14,663 nucleotides of DNA from an uncultured Methanosarcinales archaeon (GTDB lineage Archaea; Nanobdellota; Nanobdellia; Woesearchaeales; CAZYIM01): the NCBI GenBank assembly GCA_964647565.1, contig CAZYIM010000050.1, positions 1 to 14,663 of the forward strand, given 5' to 3'. The notes beneath the pieces are model-generated. The model was not told where the DNA came from, made no database searches, and saw only the letters and a list, made by a program, of their open reading frames with translations. Positions 7,419 through 13,799 of this stretch are shown piece by piece. Position numbers and translations under genes: made by a program. Positions within the stretch are counted from its first letter, which is position 1. Every line of letters starts with the position of its first letter.

Positions 7419-7461
7419 TGTTTTAAGAAAAAACTCATTAATAAAATACTAAATTCACCAA

Positions 7462-7505
7462 CAGAAACCTTTATATAATATGGAACTTGTATCGCAAATG
7501 AGGTG
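7462..7505 (+). promoter_or_regulatory. BRE/TATA promoter and SD of the PAC2-rdgB unit
   Basis: CAGAAACC, then TTTATATA (7470-7477), then SD GAGGTG (7500-7505) before ATG 7511. Confidence 0.6.
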
Positions 7506-7510
7506 GAATT

Positions 7511-8203
7511 ATGAAAATCGTCCTAAAGAAAAAGCCTAAAAACGCAACAATCATCGAAGGATTCCCTGGTTTTGGGTTAATTGGTACAATTGCAACAGAG
7601 TTTCTTATTGAACATTTAAAGCCAGAACTAATTGGAGAGTTCATATATGATGAACTTCCTCCTACTGTCGCCATCCATAAAGGTGAACTTGTCAGACCAA
7701 TGGCTGTATTCTATGATAAAAAACATAATCTGGTGATTCTACACACCATCCTCAATACAAAAGGAAATGAATGGAGTGTGGCAAATGAAATAGTGAACAT
7801 GGCTAAAGAACTGGAGGCTAAAGAGATCATAAGCATAGAAGGTGTAGCGACAGCCCAGCAGAAACCAAAAGACATCACAGTCTACTACTATGGAGAGCCT
7901 AAGTTCAAGGATTTAGGTCTAAAGCCGGTAGATGAGAGCATCATCATGGGAGTCACTTCTGCAGTCATGCTCAAATTCGATAAGATGAAGTGCTTGTTTG
8001 CAGAAACCAATCTAGGCCTCCCAGATAGTAAGGCTGCTGCCAAGATAGTCGAGATTCTAAACTCCTACCTGGGACTGAAAATCAATACAGATCCTCTACT
8101 CAAACAAGCTGCAGAATTTGAGGGCAAGATCAAAACGATATTGAAGCAGAGTACAGACACAGTTGATACTGCCAACAAAAAGAACCTTAGCTATTTGGGA
8201 TGA
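7511..8203 (+). CDS. PAC2 family protein (proteasome assembly chaperone homologue)
   Basis: 'IIEGFPGFGLIGTIATEFLIEHL', 'LPPTVAIH.G....P', 'IISIEG', 'IMGVTSA', 'LFAET..GLPDSKAAAKIVEIL', C-terminal YLG. Confidence 0.88.
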   Translation: MKIVLKKKPKNATIIEGFPGFGLIGTIATEFLIEHLKPELIGEFIYDELPPTVAIHKGELVRPMAVFYDKKHNLVILHTILNTKGNEWSVANEIVNMAKELEAKEIISIEGVATAQQKPKDITVYYYGEPKFKDLGLKPVDESIIMGVTSAVMLKFDKMKCLFAETNLGLPDSKAAAKIVEILNSYLGLKINTDPLLKQAAEFEGKIKTILKQSTDTVDTANKKNLSYLG

Positions 8204-8748
8204 AGGAACTTATTTTTATTACTGGAAACAAGCACAAGTTAGAGGAAGTACAGGATATTCTGAAAGACTACAAGATTATTCAGGAGAATATAGACCTGCC
8301 AGAGATCCAGGAACTAGACGCTGAAAAGGTTATGTTCGAGAAGATGAAGGTAGCCGAAAAAAAAATCAAAAAACCCTTCTTTATTGAAGATACCTGTTTC
8401 TGTGTTGATGCCTGGAATGGACTTCCAGGTCCACTGATTAAATGGTTTATGGAAACTGTTAAACCACCCGGCATCCATAAAATGCTATCTGCTTATGAAA
8501 ACAAGAAAGCCAGAGGTATTTGCACAATAGGATATAAAGAACCAGGAAAGAAAGCGGTTTTTTTTACAGGTGAAATACCGGGACAAGTAGTCAGCGAAGC
8601 AGGCTCTGAAAGGTTTTACTGGGACAGGATATTCATACCAGAAGGCCAAAAAAGAAGATTCTCTGAGATGACCATTGAAGAGAAAAACAAGATAAGTCAC
8701 AGAACCAAGGCAGTACTAAAATTTAAACAGTTCTTAGAAAAAAATTAA
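8200..8748 (+). CDS. rdgB: Non-canonical purine NTP pyrophosphatase (Ham1/RdgB, ITP/XTP pyrophosphatase)
   Basis: 'FITGNKHKLEE', 'LPEIQE', 'IEDT', 'GLPGPLIKWF', 'FYWDRIF', 'EEKNKISHR'. ATGA overlap with the PAC2 gene. Confidence 0.93.
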   Translation: MKELIFITGNKHKLEEVQDILKDYKIIQENIDLPEIQELDAEKVMFEKMKVAEKKIKKPFFIEDTCFCVDAWNGLPGPLIKWFMETVKPPGIHKMLSAYENKKARGICTIGYKEPGKKAVFFTGEIPGQVVSEAGSERFYWDRIFIPEGQKRRFSEMTIEEKNKISHRTKAVLKFKQFLEKN

Positions 8749-8749
8749 C

Positions 8750-8763
8750 AAAAACTTTATTAA
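8750..8763 (+). promoter_or_regulatory. BRE/TATA promoter of pyrH (leaderless)
   Basis: AAAAAC followed by TTTATTAA (8756-8763), 22 nt before ATG 8786. Confidence 0.5.
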
Positions 8764-8785
8764 TGTCTCTTCAACAGTTTTTTTT

Positions 8786-9469
8786 ATGACCAAGGAAACC
8801 ATTGTTATAAGTGTTGGAGGATCTTTGATTGTGCCTGAAGAGGTGGATTATCAATTTCTAAAGAAGTTCAAGGAGATCATCCAAAAAGAGATCCGCAAGG
8901 GGAAAAGGTTCATCCTTGTTGCGGGCGGCGGCAAGACCTGCCGGAAGTACCAGGCAGCTGCTGAAAAAGTCAGCATGCTGACTCAGGAGGATATGGATTG
9001 GCTTGGTATCCATGTAACAAGGCTTAATGCTCATCTTTTGAGAACCATTTTTAGAAAGATTTCACATGCAGAAGTCATTACCAATCCACATCACAAGGTA
9101 AATTTTGATGAACCTATTCTTATTGCAGCTGGCTGGAGGCCAGGATGCAGCACAGATTATGATGCTGTCCTATTGGCCAAGAACTATGGAGTAAAAAAAG
9201 TCATCAACCTAAGCAATATGGATTATGCGTATGACACGGATCCAAAAAAATTCAAGAATGCTAAGATTGTTAAAAAGATATCCTGGGAGGGTTTTCGAAA
9301 GATTGTTGGCAGTGAGTGGAAACCAGGTATGAATGTCATCTTTGATCCAATTGCCAGCAAAGAAGCTGAAGCATTTGATATGACCGTAATTATTGCTAAT
9401 GGCAAAAAACTGAAGAATTTTGAAAATATTCTCGAAAACAAGAAATTTATTGGGACAGTCATCAATTGA
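8786..9469 (+). CDS. pyrH: Uridylate (UMP) kinase, archaeal type
   Basis: 'VISVGGSLI', 'VAGGGKTCRKYQ', 'DWLGIHVTRLNA', 'GWRPGCSTDYDAVLLA', 'YDTDPKK', 'FDPIASK'. Confidence 0.95.
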   Translation: MTKETIVISVGGSLIVPEEVDYQFLKKFKEIIQKEIRKGKRFILVAGGGKTCRKYQAAAEKVSMLTQEDMDWLGIHVTRLNAHLLRTIFRKISHAEVITNPHHKVNFDEPILIAAGWRPGCSTDYDAVLLAKNYGVKKVINLSNMDYAYDTDPKKFKNAKIVKKISWEGFRKIVGSEWKPGMNVIFDPIASKEAEAFDMTVIIANGKKLKNFENILENKKFIGTVIN

Positions 9470-10514
9470 TATCTTCTTGCACTATTTCTGGAAAGTATGT
9501 AAATTTAAACTCCTCGTTTGCAATCATGGTTTCATAGTTGGTTATCTCACCAGGAAACAATTGCCTTAAGCTGTATAGAGTGGAATGTAATTCCTCTGTT
9601 TTTTTAACACACAGATAAGCCACCAGATTAAATCTGCCAATGCTCTTAACTGCCCAAAGAACATTTTCATCGGTCGAAAGAAACTCCCTCAATTTCATCT
9701 CTTTTTTTCCCTGAAGATTCTCTATATTCAATAAGATCGTATATATCGAATAACCAATGGAGGCAAAGTTAATTACAGGAACAAATCTTAATATCAGACC
9801 TTTTTTTAATAAGTTTTTCAACCTATAGACCACTGCATCTGCAGACAATCCAATTTTCTCTGCTATCTGATAATTTTTTATCTCTGCATTATTAGCAATC
9901 AGGCTTATTATTTCCAGGTCCATTTCATCATATTTATCTTTATTTTTACTTACATTGTAAGTATAATCATCTTGTTTAATCATACTTACATTGTAAGTAT
10001 CAACATGTGCATCAGAAAAGAAACTCCTTGGTAAAACTCTACCAACAAAACCTTTACTAATAGTACAAATCTCATAATTCTGTACATTAGAAGAACAGGC
10101 AGAAAGGATCAATCCCATGTAAGTGTCAAATTCCTTCACAGATTTTGCAATCAGAGCGACCTCCAGATCATATCTGCCCTGAAATTTAAGGACAGCTCTA
10201 ACAAAGGGCAGTTTCACTAACTTATCAATAATTTCAGATTCAACTTCTTTTGCAGGATTATGCAATTGCAGAAACAGATGGTAGACATCATAGCCAAGTT
10301 TGGTGATGTCCACCACTGTTCTGTATCCCTGAATAACACCTCTTTTTTCAAAATTGATTATCCTGTAACCAACTGAGTCTCTGGACAATTGAGTTCTCTT
10401 TGCAACTTGTGTTGAGGGGGTTCTCGAATTCTTAGAAAGCTCACAAAGAATCTTTCTGTCCTTCATATCAAGGGCTACAGCAGAATCACTGGTCTGTCGC
10501 TGTACATACTTCAT
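9462..10514 (-). CDS. Tandem (two-domain) Lrp/AsnC-family transcriptional regulator
   Basis: Two wHTH+RAM units: 'DMKDRKILCELSKNSRTPSTQVAKRTQLSRDSVGYRI...GVI....D..KLGY' and 'DEMDLEIISLIANNAEIKNYQIAEKIGLSADAVVYRLKNL.KKGLI...N..SIGY', each followed by 'GRY/FDL'-type RAM strands. ATG 10514 fits the TATA spacing; ATG 10523 is an alternative. Confidence 0.9.
   Translation of the reverse strand: MKYVQRQTSDSAVALDMKDRKILCELSKNSRTPSTQVAKRTQLSRDSVGYRIINFEKRGVIQGYRTVVDITKLGYDVYHLFLQLHNPAKEVESEIIDKLVKLPFVRAVLKFQGRYDLEVALIAKSVKEFDTYMGLILSACSSNVQNYEICTISKGFVGRVLPRSFFSDAHVDTYNVSMIKQDDYTYNVSKNKDKYDEMDLEIISLIANNAEIKNYQIAEKIGLSADAVVYRLKNLLKKGLILRFVPVINFASIGYSIYTILLNIENLQGKKEMKLREFLSTDENVLWAVKSIGRFNLVAYLCVKKTEELHSTLYSLRQLFPGEITNYETMIANEEFKFTYFPEIVQEDIN
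9947..10000. repeat. Two exact 18-nt direct repeats (period 36), each a palindrome
   Basis: TACTTACATTGTAAGTAT at 9947-9964 and 9983-10000. Core is TACTTACA-T-TGTAAGTA. Encodes TYNVS twice in the Lrp interdomain linker. Confidence 0.9.
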
Positions 10515-10536
10515 TTCCCACATAAAACAAAAATAC

Positions 10537-10615
10537 TTTAAATAATTTTCGGATTATTTGGATTTTTCTGTAAAAACTTTCTAATAATTCTTATGACATA
10601 TATACTAATAGGTGA
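10537..10615. promoter_or_regulatory. Divergent promoter region between the Lrp gene and the HD-rSAM operon, with an inverted repeat
   Basis: Minus-strand TTTAAA box at 10537-10542. Inverted repeat AAATAAT-N6-ATTATTT at 10540-10559. Plus-strand AAAAAC then TTTCTAAT (10578-10585, non-consensus TATA). SD GGTGA at 10611-10615. Confidence 0.5.
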
Positions 10616-10620
10616 AAAAA

Positions 10621-11253
10621 ATGAGAGAAACAAAACAAACCCTTCGAAAAATCATCTTGGATGCATATGAGAAAGCACCGCAAAAAGAGTACCACAACTG
10701 GAACCACATCTTAGATGTTGTGACAACAGTCAAACAACTCGGAAAAAGCGAAGGTGTAGGAAGCAAGATATTGTACATAGCAGAAATAAGCGCCTATTAC
10801 CACGATGTTATCCACCACAACTCACCAGACGATGAAAAGCTCAGTGCAGATTATGCCTACAAAAAAGTGCAGCAATATGGATTAACTGAGCCTGAAGCTA
10901 TGCTTATAGGTAACACCATAAAAGCTACAAATGTGAAAACGCAGCCCAACAACATACTCGAAAGAATAATCAGGGATGCAGATGTGGCTAATTTCGGCAG
11001 AAAGGATTTCATGGAAAAAAACGAGCTTGTACGCCTAGAGCTGAATTTTGAAAAAGATTTGAACTGGTACCAAAATACCCTTAAATTACTCGAAGGTCAT
11101 CAGTTCTACACCCAATCTGCGCGACAGCTTTACACTGAAGGTCTTAAAAAAAATATCCACAAAGTTGAAAAAAAACTGGAGGTGTTTAGCAAATGCGACA
11201 GAAAAGAAAGCTACTTGTTGCAGGCTGGTCATTCACAAGCAAGTGCAACCTAA
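10621..11253 (+). CDS. HD-superfamily metal-dependent phosphohydrolase (YHN..H / HD / DAD, phosphodiesterase-like subtype)
   Basis: 'EYHNWNHILDV', 'SAYYHDV', 'DEKLSA', 'IKAT', 'IIRDADVANFG', 'RLE....W....LLEGHQFYT'. ATG 10621 follows SD GGTGA; GTG 10612 is part of that SD. Confidence 0.85.
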   Translation: MRETKQTLRKIILDAYEKAPQKEYHNWNHILDVVTTVKQLGKSEGVGSKILYIAEISAYYHDVIHHNSPDDEKLSADYAYKKVQQYGLTEPEAMLIGNTIKATNVKTQPNNILERIIRDADVANFGRKDFMEKNELVRLELNFEKDLNWYQNTLKLLEGHQFYTQSARQLYTEGLKKNIHKVEKKLEVFSKCDRKESYLLQAGHSQASAT

Positions 11254-12218
11254 AATGTAAACACTGCTACAATGCATCAGGAAAAAGTAAATCAGATGAG
11301 TTAACATTCGAGCAAGCCAAAAAGGTAGCTCAAAAGCTGGTTGATTACAGTGTAGCCGCAGTGAACTTTGGTGGAGGCGAATGCCCCCTTAGAACTGACT
11401 TTCCAAAAATTTGTAAGCTCTTGCACGAGGGAGGGGTAAAGCTATCTCTGACCACAAACGGCCTACCTTACAAAGAAGTTGCCAAGTATATGCATCTTTT
11501 CCATGATATTGGCGTCTCAATTGATTTTGCAGACGAGAAAAGACAAGACTGGTTCAGGGGAATAAAAGGCGCATATAAGTTAGCTTGTAAAGCAGCCAGG
11601 TTCTTTGCAAAGCAAGGAATTGATACAGAGATTGTTACATGCATCACCAAACTTAATTGCAATCCAAAAGAACTTAAGAAAATTTACGAGCTTGCCAAAA
11701 AGCTTGGAGTCAACCATTGGCGGCTTAACAGATACAGGCCCACAGGAAGAAAAGAGATTCAGGATCTGTTAAAGCTTGAACCCAGCGATATCAAACTAGC
11801 GTATAGCTTCCTGGATAAGCTGATAAGAAAAGATTTTGTTATTCCTGATCCCTTATTTGCCAATTTTGGTAGAAAAGTAGCAGCCTGCCCTTCAGGAAAG
11901 ACCAGTTTTAGAATAATGTCCAATGGAGAGGTTAGTCCAGATGTTTATCTGAAGATCTCAGGAGGCAACATACTCAAAAAAGACATTGATGATATCCGGG
12001 ATTCAGATATATTCAGGGCAATAAGAAACAGGGACTTGAAGGGCACCAAATGCGAAGTATGCCAACATCTAAAAACCTGTCAGGGCGGTTGCGCTGGCTC
12101 TGCTTTCCTGGCTTATGGAACCTTTGACAAGCCAGATCCTCTCTGTTGGAACGAACCCAAATGGAATGTACATGAGAAATACCTATGCACAGCATATGTA
12201 CCGCTGTTTGAAACGTGA
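11193..12218 (+). CDS. Radical SAM protein with SPASM domain (PqqE/MftC/AhbD-like group)
   Basis: CNLKCKHC (CX3CX2C), GGGE, TTNG, VSID. C-terminal CPSG...GEVSPD and CEVCQHLKTCQGGC...PDPLC. Strong SD GGAGGTG at 11178-11184 inside the HD gene. Confidence 0.9.
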   Translation: MRQKRKLLVAGWSFTSKCNLKCKHCYNASGKSKSDELTFEQAKKVAQKLVDYSVAAVNFGGGECPLRTDFPKICKLLHEGGVKLSLTTNGLPYKEVAKYMHLFHDIGVSIDFADEKRQDWFRGIKGAYKLACKAARFFAKQGIDTEIVTCITKLNCNPKELKKIYELAKKLGVNHWRLNRYRPTGRKEIQDLLKLEPSDIKLAYSFLDKLIRKDFVIPDPLFANFGRKVAACPSGKTSFRIMSNGEVSPDVYLKISGGNILKKDIDDIRDSDIFRAIRNRDLKGTKCEVCQHLKTCQGGCAGSAFLAYGTFDKPDPLCWNEPKWNVHEKYLCTAYVPLFET

Positions 12219-13237
12219 TAAAGATGGAACTCAATATAAAAAAATTAGATCTTAACATCACCAATAGATGCAACTACAGGTGCGTCCATTGCTGCTTTGA
12301 TTCAGGCATAAAGAACATGGAAGAGTTATCTTACGATGAGATAGAAAGAGTCCTAACAGATGCTAGAGAATTGGGTGTAAAGCGTATTGATGTAACAGGC
12401 GGAGAAACTCTGGTAAGGAAGGATTTGGAACAAATACTCAAGAAAGGAAAAGAGCTTGGTTTTAGAATTGAACTCCTGACCAATGGATCTCTGCTAACCA
12501 AAGAAAAACTGCTTAGGTTCAAGGAAATTGGTCTGGATGCCTTAGGCATTAGTCTTGACGGCTCAATCCATGAAATATACAAGAACATCAGGGGACAGAC
12601 TCCAAAAACATTCAAAAGAGTAGTTGAGAACATCAAGCTATGCAAGGACTTGGGCTTCTATACCAAGGTCAACACAGTCGTCTTCGAGAGCAATATCAAC
12701 GATATTCCCAGTATCACCCAACTTTGCATTGATTTGGAAATTGATGAACACGGCATCTATTACTTTACACCCATTGGAAGAGGTAAGAGCAACAGCAATC
12801 TGGTTGTGCATCCACTTGATTGGCTTGAATTGGCAAAAAGAGAGCTAAGTCAATACAAAGACAAAATGAAATTATCAATAGAGCTGGCCTATGCAAATTC
12901 AAATAATTGCAATGGTGCAAAGACCAAGTGTTTTATTCAGGATCCCCACCACCTCCAGATATTACCAAACGGAAATGTCTATCCATGCGCCATCATGGCA
13001 GCATATGAAAAACCTCTTGGCAACCTCAGAGAAAGGTCTTTGAAAGAAATATGGCATGATGGTGCTGGATGGGATCGATACAGGAAAAATATTGAACACG
13101 TAATGGCAAGACATAATGGCTGTGTGGATTATTCAGCCTGCTTCCCAGATTCCCAGAAATACCAATTCATCTGTCCATGCAGAAAATTCTCAATTGATGA
13201 GGTATTTAGAAATGAAAGGGAGGTTTGTAGTTTGTGA
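12215..13237 (+). CDS. Radical SAM protein with twitch/atypical SPASM domain
   Basis: CNYRCVHCC, TGGE, LTNG, ISLDG, twitch-like 'CF...LQILPNGNVYPC...LGN', and extra C-terminal Cys (GC, AC, CPC). Start is GTG 12215 (GTGA overlap) or ATG 12224. Confidence 0.9.
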   Translation: MIKMELNIKKLDLNITNRCNYRCVHCCFDSGIKNMEELSYDEIERVLTDARELGVKRIDVTGGETLVRKDLEQILKKGKELGFRIELLTNGSLLTKEKLLRFKEIGLDALGISLDGSIHEIYKNIRGQTPKTFKRVVENIKLCKDLGFYTKVNTVVFESNINDIPSITQLCIDLEIDEHGIYYFTPIGRGKSNSNLVVHPLDWLELAKRELSQYKDKMKLSIELAYANSNNCNGAKTKCFIQDPHHLQILPNGNVYPCAIMAAYEKPLGNLRERSLKEIWHDGAGWDRYRKNIEHVMARHNGCVDYSACFPDSQKYQFICPCRKFSIDEVFRNEREVCSL

Positions 13238-13781
13238 AGGTTTGGATGCATCAGGTAAAACCACCACTATCAAGGGCCTGATCAAGAAAAATCACGAACT
13301 GCTCTATTCAAAAGGTCTCAAATCAAAAACCCTTTTCGGCAGGATTTCCGGTTTATTTCCAAACACCCTGACCTTCCTGTTAGAATTCGCATACATCTCC
13401 CAAAAATATATTATCCCTGCACTCAAGTCAGGTAAGACCGTCATCCAGGACAGGTATATTGAATCTGTAATCACATACGGACCTGTTGTCGATCGTTGGC
13501 ATAACCAACTAGCAATAAAAGCCATCAAACCTAGGCTGGCCAAGCCCGATGTGGTTGTCTATTTCACAGTATCAAAAGAAGAACGAGTTAAAAGATTAAA
13601 GGAAAGCATGGAAAATCGCTATCATAGGCAGTTGATAGAGAATCCAGAACAGATCGATGACAGGCTTGAAAGGTACAATGTACTATTAGATAAATACTCC
13701 AACAAACAAGTGATTAATACTACAAAACTGAGTATAAAGGAAAGCTGCAACAAGTTAGATGAGATAGTAAAAGCAAATTAA
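13212..13781 (+). CDS. Thymidylate-kinase-like P-loop nucleoside monophosphate kinase
   Basis: 'FVVCEGLDASGKTT' P-loop, 'IIPALKSGKTVIQDRYIES', 'KPDVVVYFTVS.EER..RL'. True start is probably ATG 13212 (SD GAGGT 13199-13203), not 13116. Confidence 0.85.
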   Translation: MKGRFVVCEGLDASGKTTTIKGLIKKNHELLYSKGLKSKTLFGRISGLFPNTLTFLLEFAYISQKYIIPALKSGKTVIQDRYIESVITYGPVVDRWHNQLAIKAIKPRLAKPDVVVYFTVSKEERVKRLKESMENRYHRQLIENPEQIDDRLERYNVLLDKYSNKQVINTTKLSIKESCNKLDEIVKAN

Positions 13782-13799
13782 AAAGAAACAGATCTTTAA

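Noticed and set aside
9461..9470. Palindrome ATCAATTGAT where pyrH and the lrp gene overlap; both proteins end in I-N-stop
   Set aside because: Adequately explained by an 8-nt convergent stop-codon overlap; too short to imply a site.
9947..10000. Mini CRISPR array
   Set aside because: Only two 18-nt units with an 18-nt spacer, inside an intact CDS, and no cas genes.
13116..13211. N-terminal 32-aa extension of the kinase given in the ORF track
   Set aside because: Lies within rSAM-2. The TMK fold starts at MKGRFVVCEG (ATG 13212), which has its own SD.
9462..13237. Alternative heme biosynthesis (fused AhbAB plus AhbC and AhbD), since AhbA/B resemble Lrp and AhbC/D are paired SPASM rSAMs
   Set aside because: The tandem Lrp lacks the H[NC]YxR catalytic motifs of siroheme decarboxylase and looks like an ordinary regulator. 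rSAM-2 lacks the AhbC/D cysteine pattern. No tetrapyrrole genes are nearby.
693..13543. Shadow ORFs from the track (693-1013, 2196-2546, 2378-2599, 3643-4035, 4241-4441, 4397-4603, 4650-4943, 5116-5298, 5629-5919, 6215-6553, 7471-7674, 8280-8474, 8485-8700, 9223-9465, 11468-11662, 12013-12273, 12331-12645, 12624-12848, 13304-13543)
   Set aside because: All overlap well-supported genes on the opposite strand or in another frame and show no recognisable motifs.
11193..13781. Prokaryotic viperin plus kinase locus
   Set aside because: Both rSAMs have SPASM/twitch cysteine-rich C-termini, which viperins lack. Kept only as a functional analogy.
10524..13799. RiPP or mycofactocin-type cluster
   Set aside because: No short precursor ORF in the tiny intergenic gaps, no PqqD/MftB/RRE protein, and no peptidase or transporter in the unit. 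A distant precursor cannot be excluded.
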